A DNA stretch of 36,522 nt, taken from positions 1 to 36,522 of IMG/VR virus record IMGVR_UViG_3300005612_000008. One strand, 5' to 3'. A model generated the notes under the pieces. That model worked only from the letters and a program-made list of their open reading frames with translations, was not told the DNA's origin and ran no database searches. This document shows positions 1-9,075 of this stretch, piece after piece. The stretch is from a virus. Lineage: Duplodnaviria; Caudoviricetes. Position numbers and translations under genes: made by a program. Position 1 is the first letter of the stretch. Every line of letters starts with the position of its first letter.

Positions 1-30
1 TACCGCGACGAACTGAACGGTGTAACCCGC
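1..30. repeat. Terminal direct repeat, left copy (circular assembly overlap)
   Basis: TACCGCGACGAACTGAACGGTGTAACCCGC is identical to 36493-36522, and the tape-measure reading frame continues across the join. Confidence 0.95.
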
Positions 31-2400
31 GAAGAGCGCGCGTATTTGGACTCCCTGGACGCCATTAATCTGGCCTTGGAGCAGGGCATCATCGGCGAGC
101 AAGAGCATGCGGCCATGCTGGCGTTCAAAGGCGACCAGCTTGACGAGATCACAGCCAAGCAGGACGCAGCGGCCATGGCCGCCATAGAGCGCGCAGAGAA
201 GGAGAAACAGGCGGCGGCACAAGCGGCACAAGCGGCCGACCCATGGTTCCAGGCATGGGACCGGGCGATTAAGTCTATCGATGGCTCTTTCGCTGATCTG
301 TGGAGGTCAGCCTTTGATGGGTTTGGCAACTTCGCCGAATCGCTAAAGAACTCATTTCGCAATCTTCTGGCCGAGATGGCTCATGCGGCGATAACCCGGC
401 CCATCCTGATTCAGCTAGGTGCGGCCGGCGCCGTTGGCCTGGGCGGTTCGGCCGGATCGCTGGGCGGAGCAGGCGGCATGCTGGGCGGCGGAAACAATAT
501 GACGGGCATATTTGGCTCCGCCATCACGAAAGGTATTGGGAGCATATTCGGTGGCGGCTCGTCAGGCCTGGGCAGCACCATCGCTGGGACCGGTGGTGGT
601 GGCGGTCTGCTTGGTACCGGCTCCAGCTCTGGCGCCTTGGCTGGCGGCATACCAGCGGCCCCTGGCGGGGGCGGCATGATGACCGGGCTCGGCATGGGGG
701 TCGGCGCAATAGGCGGCGGCCTGCTAGGCGGGGCGCTATTCGATGGGGATAGCGGGAAAACAGGGGCAAACATCGGGTCTAGTGTGGGCGCTATGATCGG
801 CTCAATTTGGGGTCCTCCGGGCGCCTTAATCGGGGGGGCGCTGGGCGGCCTTATCGGCGGAGCAATCGGTTCAATTTTCGACGATAAGACAGAGCCAAGA
901 TTCCAGCTGATCACTCAGCCTGGACATGGCGGATTCGAGGACGATGTCTATGCGGATTCTCCGTTCGGCGTGACCGGATTCGGGGGGAAGTCCCATGGAG
1001 TTGACGCGGGCGAGTCCCGTGGCCTGTTCAACACTATTGCGGATATCGATACCGCAATTGCGGCGATGATCGGCGAGCGCGCTACTGCGGCTATCCAGGA
1101 ATTCCTCGAGGGCGACCATGGGATCAAGGGCGGCCCCGGGTACTCGAGCGACACGTTCGAAAACTTCTCCGATGAGAATTTCGCTTACGCGGTATCTGAG
1201 CGATACGCCGATCTGCTTGCCCAAGGCGGGACCGAATTTACCGATATCCTCTCCCGGTTTGCGAACGATGTAGAGGGATCAACGGAGGAGGTCTTACAGG
1301 CAATTCTTGGCTTTGCCGCAGACCTCTATGCCGTGCAGAACGCCTTTGAAAAAGACATCGGCGTGTTCGGCGCGGGGGATTTCGGGTTGGAAGGGCTTGA
1401 GAGCGTCAACACATTTCTGAAAGGCTTCGCGCGCGGCGGCGAGGGCTTGATGGACGTATTCGTTCGCCTATCGGATGTGCTGGCGGCAGTGACAGGCGTC
1501 GCGAAAGCTTTCGGGATAGCACTGGATCAGAGTGGCTACGCGCTTCTAGAGACAACTCAAGCCGTAGTCGATGCCTTCCCAGGTGGGCTTGACGAGTTCA
1601 AGGCGAAAACGGCATTTTTCTACGAGAACTTTTTCTCGCCAGAAGAGCAGGCCCAGGATGTTTACGATAAGGCTCGAGAAGACATTATCGGCCTGAACCA
1701 GTCTTTGGGCATGGATCTCAACACCGAGCTGGTCGATACCGGCGAAGAGCTGCGCAACCTGGTCGAGGGACTGGACCTGACAACAGAGGCGGGGCGTGAG
1801 GCCTTCGTGACGGCCATGGAGCTGGCTCAAGCCATTTGGGCGCAGGACCAGGCCGCACTAGTGCTCACGCAGGATTTGCAGCTTCTTGAGGCCCAGTTAG
1901 GCCAGATCCCGATATTGATCGACGGTATCGGGGCGATGCTGGACGACTCCAGGCGCCAAGTCGAGATGTCCGGGCTCAATGAGGAGGAGCGATACGATTT
2001 CATAAAACGCGAAATCGACGCGCAAATGCTACTGCTTGGCACGGCTAGCACGCCTGAGGAATTCGCCCAGATCGCCCAGGACATAAATGCGCTGATCATG
2101 GAGGCCTGGGGGGGGATAAGCGAGGAGCAGCGCGCCGCGTTAAAGGACGAATTCCTTGTTCTATTCGACGATTTCGAGAGCTTCGCCACTCTAGAAGCCG
2201 AAGCGCTCGAGGCCCGGCTCGAGATGGAGAAACGCGCGCTCGAGGCCCAACAGGAAGCAGCCAACAAGATGGAAATAGCGGCGGCCGTATCACAGCAGGC
2301 CTCGCAGATGTTTGCGTCGGCGGCGCGGGAGTTCGGTAGCCGGGTCCAGGCGATGCCAACAGAGGTTGTGGTGCGCATGGCAGCCAGCGAGGTTGGCTGA
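1..2400 (+). CDS. Tail tape measure protein, C-terminal part (joins 35287-36492; about 1201 aa in total)
   Basis: Frame is open from position 1 to the stop at 2400 and in frame with the ATG at 35287 across the junction. Ala/Gly-rich and helical, with glycine-zipper hydrophobic segments (GAMIGSIWGPPGALIGGALGGLIGG). Followed by tail-tip genes. Confidence 0.92.
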   Translation, partial: YRDELNGVTREERAYLDSLDAINLALEQGIIGEQEHAAMLAFKGDQLDEITAKQDAAAMAAIERAEKEKQAAAQAAQAADPWFQAWDRAIKSIDGSFADLWRSAFDGFGNFAESLKNSFRNLLAEMAHAAITRPILIQLGAAGAVGLGGSAGSLGGAGGMLGGGNNMTGIFGSAITKGIGSIFGGGSSGLGSTIAGTGGGGGLLGTGSSSGALAGGIPAAPGGGGMMTGLGMGVGAIGGGLLGGALFDGDSGKTGANIGSSVGAMIGSIWGPPGALIGGALGGLIGGAIGSIFDDKTEPRFQLITQPGHGGFEDDVYADSPFGVTGFGGKSHGVDAGESRGLFNTIADIDTAIAAMIGERATAAIQEFLEGDHGIKGGPGYSSDTFENFSDENFAYAVSERYADLLAQGGTEFTDILSRFANDVEGSTEEVLQAILGFAADLYAVQNAFEKDIGVFGAGDFGLEGLESVNTFLKGFARGGEGLMDVFVRLSDVLAAVTGVAKAFGIALDQSGYALLETTQAVVDAFPGGLDEFKAKTAFFYENFFSPEEQAQDVYDKAREDIIGLNQSLGMDLNTELVDTGEELRNLVEGLDLTTEAGREAFVTAMELAQAIWAQDQAALVLTQDLQLLEAQLGQIPILIDGIGAMLDDSRRQVEMSGLNEEERYDFIKREIDAQMLLLGTASTPEEFAQIAQDINALIMEAWGGISEEQRAALKDEFLVLFDDFESFATLEAEALEARLEMEKRALEAQQEAANKMEIAAAVSQQASQMFASAAREFGSRVQAMPTEVVVRMAASEVG

Positions 2401-2972
2401 TGGCCAGAACGCTATCCGCAACCCTTGAGACCGGGCTGGCAGGCCCGGTAATCCAGCCGCTATTCCTGGTACAGATGGGATTCTCGGCGGCCCTGTATTT
2501 GAGCTCTAGAGGCGATATCGCGGACTGGAACGGCATCGCGTGGACGGGCTCTGGGATCGCGGTTGGGCAAATCTCTCAAGACAATGCGGGGATCATCCAA
2601 ACCAATCTCACCATGCTCAACGGGGATGCATCGATTTCCGCTTTGCTGCTGTCCGAAGGGGCGCGGAATATCGCGGTCTCCATCTGGAAAAGCGACGGCA
2701 CCGCTCTGGCAGTTGGTGACCCCGAGTTACTCTTCGAAGGCGTGACGAATGGCGCATCGATAGACCGAGACCAGTGCAGGATTGCTCTGCGTTCAGATGC
2801 GGACGGGCTCAACATCGCATGTCGGCAACCCGTCGGGCCGCCAGTGTTCAACCATATTCCGGCTCCGGGCACCGAGCTGGCATGGGGCGGAGAAAAGATA
2901 GACCTTGATCCAGTGCGCGATCCAGGCGCGGACATTTTCCGAATCAATTTCCCCGAAGTTCTATCAACATAA
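2400..2972 (+). CDS. Minor tail / tail-tip hub protein (lambda gpL-like N-terminal fold)
   Basis: MARTLSATL...PLFLVQMGF...WNGIAWTGSG...LFEG pattern typical of siphophage hub proteins; coupled to the tape-measure stop. Confidence 0.6.
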   Translation: MARTLSATLETGLAGPVIQPLFLVQMGFSAALYLSSRGDIADWNGIAWTGSGIAVGQISQDNAGIIQTNLTMLNGDASISALLLSEGARNIAVSIWKSDGTALAVGDPELLFEGVTNGASIDRDQCRIALRSDADGLNIACRQPVGPPVFNHIPAPGTELAWGGEKIDLDPVRDPGADIFRINFPEVLST

Positions 2973-2984
2973 TAGGGCGTCGAC

Positions 2985-3326
2985 ATGGCAGTATATCCGA
3001 GCACAGGATTTCAAGCAGAAATAGTCCCGGCGTCTGATGGCCGCGTAATTTCTCGCGCTACCGATGGCGTGCCAAAGATCCGTGATTACCACGCGCTTGA
3101 GTGGTTCAACGGTACCTTGATTCATCCGTGCTGCACCGAGACCGAAAAAGACGCGATCCTAACTTTTTACGATACCAACAAGGACTCGTGGAACACATTT
3201 AGCGACACTTCGGAAACTACTCCGCAAAGCTACACAATGCTGATGATTAGCCGGCCGCTGCCCGTGCATCTAGCCGGGACCTGGTGGCGCGTAACGACTC
3301 AGTGGATCGGAAAATTCACGCCGTGA
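2985..3326 (+). CDS. Distal tail protein-like (lambda gpM-like)
   Basis: 113 aa, beta-rich with a central helix (EKDAILTFY); located in the tail-tip operon. Confidence 0.5.
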   Translation: MAVYPSTGFQAEIVPASDGRVISRATDGVPKIRDYHALEWFNGTLIHPCCTETEKDAILTFYDTNKDSWNTFSDTSETTPQSYTMLMISRPLPVHLAGTWWRVTTQWIGKFTP

Positions 3327-6001
3327 TCAATAATCCATTCGATTTTGATCTAGACGCCTTCGACGCGAGCCGGGCCCCCCCGACACTGCCCGACCTGCCG
3401 TCGGGCGGCAGCCGGCGCATAATGCCGCCGCTTCCGACCATCCCCTGGGCGCCGCCAGTTGTGCCGCGCTCGACGCTCAATCGCACAGCTAGGCGCCCGA
3501 TCTCTGTACAAGGCTCTGCCCTTGGGGAATTCTTGGGGCCACTGTACGGGCGCTGTATGCCCGCAAGATCGCTGCTTTATGCGGCGGTTATCGAGGGCGA
3601 CTTTCTCTATTTGGGCGTGGCCTGGGGCGTGGGCGAAGTAGACTCCCTGGAGACGGCCTACATCAACGGCGAGGCCTTGCCTGCGTCTGTGGTGGCTACG
3701 CACTACACGGGCACCACCACGCAGGTTGCTGACCCGACCCTTGCCGGGGTGATCACAGACTACGCGGACACTCTGATCTATTCCGTTCGTGGTAGCTCTT
3801 TGGGCGTTGTGCATTCAGTATTTAAGATTCCTGCCGGGGTGATAAACGGTCAACCACAGCTCTCGGCAATCTGGAAGGGCCGGAAGGTTTACGATCCGCG
3901 CGATGTCGGGCAATCCTTGGGTACCCCCTCGACTTGGCTCTACTCCACAAATCCGGCTCTGTGCTTGGCCGACCTGCTGTCGAACGAACTCTACGGTGCG
4001 GGCCGAACCCTGGACTGGGCCACGGTCGAGGACGTGGCCGACGAATGCGACGATACCTTGGTCAGTGGCGCCAAGCGGCGCGAGATTGGCCTAGCGGTCG
4101 ACCGCCGGGCTGACATTGGATCGTGGATCGATACGCTTCGGACCTACGCGGGTTGCTTCGTGGTGCAGCGCGGAGACACCACGCGACTGGTCGCGGATCG
4201 TCCGGCAACCGCAACCCGCACGATATCCAGCTTCCCTCAAGATGGGCGATTTTCCCTCGTCAAGCGCGGGAATAACGACGTGCCCACCGTGGTGCGCGTG
4301 GACTACACCGACACCACACAGATGCCGTGGCGCTCGAGGCCGGCCTACTACTACGACGCCGGCGTGTTGGACGGTTCGACCAGGTGGGCGCCTTCCAACG
4401 TCTCGCTGCCGGGCATACAGTCCCATGAGCAGGCATACCGCGAAGCAAAGGAAAGGCTACTCAAGCTCAAACTGACCGACCTAGATCTCACGGTTGAACT
4501 ATTCGATGATTCCTTAAAGGATGAGATAGGCGACGTGGTGGCGATCACTCACCCCGTCGGCCTGACCGCGAAGGAATTCCGAATTCTAAATATCTCGGCC
4601 CTTGGGAACGGGCCGATGGTTGCCGTTGGGAGCGAGTACAGTGCGACAGTCTATTCTGATGACGAGGTAGGCGACGCGGGCGAAAGCGATACCGACGCCC
4701 CGAGCCCGCTCACCCCACCGCTGGTTACCGGCCTGTCGGTCGCTGAGGAGATATTCCAGAAGAAGGACGGGGTCTACGCTTCTCGCCTAGTCCTGTCCTG
4801 GACTGCGGCCAGCTACCCCTACGTTCGCGAGTATGAGGCCTGCTTGCTCGTGGGCGCCGATGTGGTGTGGACCGGTTTTACTGCGGACGTTTCGATTCCC
4901 TCGGCCCCAGTAGTGCAGGAAAACGTCTCCCATACCTGCAAGGTCAGGGTTGTCTCGATGCTGGGTGTGCCCGGGGACTGGACCAGCACGCCTTACACGC
5001 CGCTGGGAAACCTGCTCCCACCAGCAGACGTTACCGGCCTGACTGTGTACGAGGTCGGGGGTGAGATCCGCTCCTACTGGAATCGCGTTGTTGATATCGG
5101 CTTGGTCCGCTATCTGATCAGGATCGGGCTCACAACCCAGGCCTGGGCCGACCTGGACGATTACGAGCTGACCGACAGTTTGCGGTTCACCACAAAAGAT
5201 GTGCCGCCCGGAACTTGGCGCTTCTGGGTCGCAGCGCTTGACGCGGCCGATATCCAGTCGACCAACCCGGTTTACAAGGACGTCGAGGTCACTTCGGACG
5301 CGGACGCTTTTTTCGTTGGTGTCCATGATTTCCGCGATGATTTTGCAACGTGGGTGCTGTCCAACATTTACCAGTGGACGCGGCACGACAAGGGAGTCGA
5401 CCTGTTCACCTACGACTCTACGGACACCGTAAACGGCGCCCTCCCGTCGACGCTGGACACCTACACAAACGCGATAGCGACTTATCACGGCAATGTTTCC
5501 TCGAGCATTACCACCCCGGCGCACGACTACGGCGCAGAGTACCAGGGCAATTGGCGCGCAGCGTTTGACGCGACAGCAGTAAACGGCACGGTAACAACTC
5601 AGCTTGGTTTGAGCGCTGACGATATCTCGTATACCTGGGGTATTCTTTCGATAAATGATGTCGGGCGCTACGCCAAGAATAGGGCGACTGCGACCACAAC
5701 CAGCACGATATTTATGTCTCATGAGGCAGTCGCGGACATAAGGCTGGACGTGGTGGCAAGTGCTGAGCGTGGAATAGCGACAACTGGGGCAGGCGGTAAG
5801 GCGTCCGTAACCCTGGACAATGATTATACATTCGTTAAATCGATAATGGTGGCCCCAGCTAATGACAATACGGGGCAGGCAACCGCGCAATGGGATAATG
5901 TATCAGTCTCAGGCGCAACCGATTCATTCGACATTTACGCCTGGATTTCAGGCACACTAACCACAGGTGTTGATGTGAGCTGGGAGTTTAAGGGGGTTTA
6001 A
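3323..6001 (+). CDS. Central tail fibre / tip attachment protein (gpJ-like) with FN3 domains
   Basis: GRKVYDPR...WLYSTNPALCLADLL motif, a phage-tail domain, and FN3-like repeats (LVLSWTA, PPADVTGL). GTG at 3323 overlaps the previous stop (GTGA). Confidence 0.88.
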   Translation: MINNPFDFDLDAFDASRAPPTLPDLPSGGSRRIMPPLPTIPWAPPVVPRSTLNRTARRPISVQGSALGEFLGPLYGRCMPARSLLYAAVIEGDFLYLGVAWGVGEVDSLETAYINGEALPASVVATHYTGTTTQVADPTLAGVITDYADTLIYSVRGSSLGVVHSVFKIPAGVINGQPQLSAIWKGRKVYDPRDVGQSLGTPSTWLYSTNPALCLADLLSNELYGAGRTLDWATVEDVADECDDTLVSGAKRREIGLAVDRRADIGSWIDTLRTYAGCFVVQRGDTTRLVADRPATATRTISSFPQDGRFSLVKRGNNDVPTVVRVDYTDTTQMPWRSRPAYYYDAGVLDGSTRWAPSNVSLPGIQSHEQAYREAKERLLKLKLTDLDLTVELFDDSLKDEIGDVVAITHPVGLTAKEFRILNISALGNGPMVAVGSEYSATVYSDDEVGDAGESDTDAPSPLTPPLVTGLSVAEEIFQKKDGVYASRLVLSWTAASYPYVREYEACLLVGADVVWTGFTADVSIPSAPVVQENVSHTCKVRVVSMLGVPGDWTSTPYTPLGNLLPPADVTGLTVYEVGGEIRSYWNRVVDIGLVRYLIRIGLTTQAWADLDDYELTDSLRFTTKDVPPGTWRFWVAALDAADIQSTNPVYKDVEVTSDADAFFVGVHDFRDDFATWVLSNIYQWTRHDKGVDLFTYDSTDTVNGALPSTLDTYTNAIATYHGNVSSSITTPAHDYGAEYQGNWRAAFDATAVNGTVTTQLGLSADDISYTWGILSINDVGRYAKNRATATTTSTIFMSHEAVADIRLDVVASAERGIATTGAGGKASVTLDNDYTFVKSIMVAPANDNTGQATAQWDNVSVSGATDSFDIYAWISGTLTTGVDVSWEFKGV

Positions 6002-6417
6002 TGGCCTACCAAGATTTTAATTATACGGCAGTAGCGCCCGCGACGGACACGCCTGCGCAGGCGTTCGATCACGTTGACAAGAACGATATCGCGGTCCTGG
6101 ACGCCTTGATAGCAGGGCATGGCATGCTGGACTGGGACCACCAGATACAAGAGCCTAGCGGGACTTACCCGCCAGTTGATCCCGCGCATCCGGCCCGCAT
6201 TATAGCCACGAGAAACAGCGATACAAATTACAAGTTGAGGGCAACTCTCACGTGGAGCGGCGACAAAAACACGGCTGTTGTTTATGAGAAAACCACAAAC
6301 GGAGGCACTCTGTGGGAAGCCATGGGGGTGACAGCCAGGCCGCTAGGCAAGGTCACATTTACCTATTCAGCGGTTGCCGGATACGAAACCTTCGTAATCG
6401 CGAGCACTTGGAGCTAA
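6001..6417 (+). CDS. Putative tail-tip accessory / fibre adaptor protein
   Basis: Starts at the gpJ-like stop (TAATG); Thr-rich beta composition. Confidence 0.5.
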   Translation: MAYQDFNYTAVAPATDTPAQAFDHVDKNDIAVLDALIAGHGMLDWDHQIQEPSGTYPPVDPAHPARIIATRNSDTNYKLRATLTWSGDKNTAVVYEKTTNGGTLWEAMGVTARPLGKVTFTYSAVAGYETFVIASTWS

Positions 6418-6418
6418 C

Positions 6419-6916
6419 ATGATCGGCGCAATCCAAACAGCAATAGCCACTATGGCGACTGTGGTAGCTGACCTTGCTACCCATACGGCCTCATGGACTT
6501 CAGCTCTCGCGACGAAGTTAAATACAAACGTCGATGCGACGGTTTCAAGTCGGGCAAGTGCAACTAATCTTGCAACTGTTGATACCGTGGTAGACGCGAT
6601 TAAGGCCGTAACAGATACTCTGCCATCTGCGATGAACGGAAGGGTTGCGCTTAACGTATATAATGGGACATGTACAAAAGGAACTGGGCAGGACGCTGTA
6701 TATTATGATTTTACGGTGTCAGCTATAACTGATTTTCAGAATGTAATTTGCATAGCTAGCGGATTTTTCACCACCACGGCTAGCATTACTTCTTTTGATG
6801 CAAAAATTTATTCGTGCAGAATGACATCAACAACTAACGTCAGGGTTTCTCACTGGTATGGTAGCCCGTCTACTGTATATTTCAGCGGGAATATACTTGT
6901 TCACAAGTTTCATTAA
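6419..6916 (+). CDS. Putative short tail fibre / receptor-binding protein
   Basis: N-terminal Ala/Thr coiled segment (DATVSSRA...DTVVDAIKAVTD) and a C-terminal beta domain encoded by visibly AT-richer DNA. Confidence 0.5.
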   Translation: MIGAIQTAIATMATVVADLATHTASWTSALATKLNTNVDATVSSRASATNLATVDTVVDAIKAVTDTLPSAMNGRVALNVYNGTCTKGTGQDAVYYDFTVSAITDFQNVICIASGFFTTTASITSFDAKIYSCRMTSTTNVRVSHWYGSPSTVYFSGNILVHKFH

Positions 6917-7101
6917 TGAGATTGCCAGCATTACCATATATCGATTGCAGAGCATGTGAATACCTTAGCTATCGTGGCGCCTCAGACGTGCGAGAGAATA
7001 AGACCGGTAATTACTGCATGCTAGGCAATGAGCACATATCGAGCAACCACCAGTGCGATGATTTTTCACGAGAGCCAGGTGCGGACGACTATCTTGAGTA
7101 A
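6916..7101 (+). CDS. Small Cys-rich (CxxC...C...C) hypothetical protein
   Basis: TAATG coupling to the previous gene; four Cys; REPGADD tail. Confidence 0.55.
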   Translation: MRLPALPYIDCRACEYLSYRGASDVRENKTGNYCMLGNEHISSNHQCDDFSREPGADDYLE

Positions 7102-7149
7102 TTAGCTGGATTATGAGAAAATAAGCGGCTTTTTAATCTGGAGAGTCAA

Positions 7150-7380
7150 GTGAAATACTTCTCGATGATGTTTGCATTCATCCTCCCGTGCTTCGCTTTC
7201 GCCCAAGGCGGGCAGAATCAGTTCGCGCGGCCAGACGAACTGCCGAACGTGGACGACCAGACGCGCACGATTACCGCATGCGAGGATGGCGAGATCCCGG
7301 TAGCCTACTGCTACCCCGTGCCGCCGAATCAGCAGGAATGTGTGGTAGGGTGCGCGTTTCCGGACGATGAATCCGAATAG
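7150..7380 (+). CDS. Small exported Cys-rich protein
   Basis: GGAG ribosome-binding site (RBS), GTG start, signal peptide MKYFSMMFAFILPCFAFA|Q, four Cys in the mature part. Confidence 0.65.
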   Translation: MKYFSMMFAFILPCFAFAQGGQNQFARPDELPNVDDQTRTITACEDGEIPVAYCYPVPPNQQECVVGCAFPDDESE

Positions 7381-7386
7381 CTACGC

Positions 7387-7416
7387 AAAAAAATGCCCCG
7401 CTGAGGGAAGCGGGGC
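7387..7416 (-). terminator. Intrinsic terminator between the convergent tail and recombination operons
   Basis: GCCCCGCT-gaggga-AGCGGGGC hairpin preceded by A7 (a U-tract on the minus strand). Confidence 0.8.
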
Positions 7417-7482
7417 TAAGCCACTCTTGAGGAGGAGAAACGCAAATGAGTGGTTACATTATGCGCTGGGTTTTGCTACCTG

Positions 7483-9066
7483 TCAAAAAGGTGCGTCTCC
7501 TGGGGCGCGGGCGCCGCGCGACTGCTGGCTGACGCGGCGCACTGCTGCTGTCATGGCGTCATGATATTCTTGAGCCTGGTCGCCCATGTAGCCTTCGACT
7601 ATCTCGACAGCAGCCTCGCCTATCTCGTCTAGCTCCGAGAAGCTTGTCGCGGATTCCATCGCGGCGAAGATATCTTGCATGGTGGGTCCTGCTGGCCCGT
7701 CGACTAGCTCCCCATGGTCTTCCGTTAGCGGGATTTCCTCCTCCTCGATGTGCCCCTGCGCGGTGATGTAGAGCGCGCCACCTGGCTCGAGGTCACCTTT
7801 GCCCCCCCGGTCTTCCGTGGGCGTGATCGTTTCTTCGTCAACATGCCCGCGCTCGCCATCGCGTTCGATACGCCCTGCGCCTACTGGGATGCCTGGCAGC
7901 TCCCCTCCGGTCCCTTCCTGGTAGACGCCGTTCAGTTCGGCGGCTTTCGCCGTTGAACGCTGAATTTCGATATCTTCTGGCTCCAGCTCTTGCTCTGCGG
8001 CCTCTTTGCAGAATTCTTCCCACTGCTTGGCCTTGATTGCCTTGCCGCGTTGAACACGGAATAGGCCGAGCTTCGTTCTCGTTGGGACGCCATTCGCGTC
8101 GGACACGTGAATGCTTGGATTGAACTTGATTTTGCTCGCGTCGGGAAGCAGGGGCGACGCGGGCTCGGGCTGCTTCTTCGGCTCCGGCGGGTTGGCTAGC
8201 CCGGGCTGCTCCTCCGGCTTCGGTGTGGCGGCCGGCTTCGGTGTGGCGGCTGGGCTCTGTTCCTGTTTCCGGTATTTCTCAGGGTCGATGCGCTGAGGTT
8301 TTGCGGTGATTTGCTTAGTGCTGCCCGCGTCTACCCCGTGGGTATCAGGCTCCCGCTTGATGAGGTGGATTTCCGGCGGTGGATCGATTGGCGTAACGTC
8401 TATTTCAGCCGGCCTTGGATCATCCTCCGTAAATACACCGAACATGCACGAAGACGCGTTTAGCCTGGCCCATTGCCGCGTGGCTGCGTAGCAGAGTTGT
8501 ATCCAGGGATTGGTCGCCCACTGTGTCGAGAATCGCGGCCATGCCGACGTGAGGAGCAAGCGGTGCTCCGTTGGCTGATCTTCGCCAGCCAGGGTCGCGG
8601 ACGCGACCACCCCGAGCCCAATTTCATCCTCGTGCGTGTACCCCGGAGCGAAGAACTCCTTCCCTGTCTTCCCGGTCCTCCTCACGGGAGCCTTTGACAG
8701 AATCTTATCCCAGTCCCCGACCGGCTCATACCGGAATGAGCCCCTGATAGAGCCCGATGCCTGCACGATGGCCGCGATCAATTTCGCTTCATACCCGATT
8801 TTCCCATCGGGCGTAACGAATGTACTCCCGACGAAGTCGAACGGACTCATGTTGAGGCTCAAGGCCTTTAGTGTCAGGGCGAGGCAGTCCGCCTGCTTAC
8901 CGACCAGGTGGCGAGGTGTAGTCACTGCGCCTTTGGCCAGTGTGTCGGCGATAGCCTTGACCCTACTGCTGGTCTCAGGGTCGAAAAGCATCTTCATCAT
9001 GGTCGGAGCGTTTTCGAAAGTCGCCAGACCGCCATTTTGTGCTTGCGTTGTCAGTTCGTTTTCCAT
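7483..9066 (-). CDS. recT: RecT-family single-strand annealing protein with a long C-terminal extension
   Basis: PRHLVGKQADCLAL...GKIGYEAKLIAAIV...WATNPWIQLCYAATRQWAR...GVFTEDD is the RecT core; it follows a RecE-like gene; GGAG RBS. Confidence 0.85.
   Translation of the reverse strand: MENELTTQAQNGGLATFENAPTMMKMLFDPETSSRVKAIADTLAKGAVTTPRHLVGKQADCLALTLKALSLNMSPFDFVGSTFVTPDGKIGYEAKLIAAIVQASGSIRGSFRYEPVGDWDKILSKAPVRRTGKTGKEFFAPGYTHEDEIGLGVVASATLAGEDQPTEHRLLLTSAWPRFSTQWATNPWIQLCYAATRQWARLNASSCMFGVFTEDDPRPAEIDVTPIDPPPEIHLIKREPDTHGVDAGSTKQITAKPQRIDPEKYRKQEQSPAATPKPAATPKPEEQPGLANPPEPKKQPEPASPLLPDASKIKFNPSIHVSDANGVPTRTKLGLFRVQRGKAIKAKQWEEFCKEAAEQELEPEDIEIQRSTAKAAELNGVYQEGTGGELPGIPVGAGRIERDGERGHVDEETITPTEDRGGKGDLEPGGALYITAQGHIEEEEIPLTEDHGELVDGPAGPTMQDIFAAMESATSFSELDEIGEAAVEIVEGYMGDQAQEYHDAMTAAVRRVSQQSRGARAPGDAPF
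8214..8249. repeat. 18-bp tandem duplication (encodes PAATPK x2)
   Basis: CCGGCTTCGGTGTGGCGG occurs twice in the RecT linker. Confidence 0.9.
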
Positions 9067-9075
9067 TTTTACTCC

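Noticed and set aside
1-30. 30-bp terminal repeat as biological genome ends or an att site
   Set aside because: It lies in frame within the tape-measure gene, so it is best explained as assembler overlap of a circular or permuted genome.
411-914. Pro-rich minus-strand ORF
   Set aside because: It is the antisense shadow of the Gly-rich tape-measure region.
4787-5890. 367-aa minus-strand ORF and similar long antisense ORFs elsewhere
   Set aside because: Fully antisense to well-supported genes in GC-rich DNA, with no RBS or motifs.
3323-6916. Diversity-generating retroelement acting on the tail fibres
   Set aside because: No reverse transcriptase and no TR/VR repeat pair seen.
7150-7380. o-spanin lipoprotein
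   Set aside because: ILPC is a poor lipobox, AFA|Q fits signal peptidase I, and there is no adjacent i-spanin.
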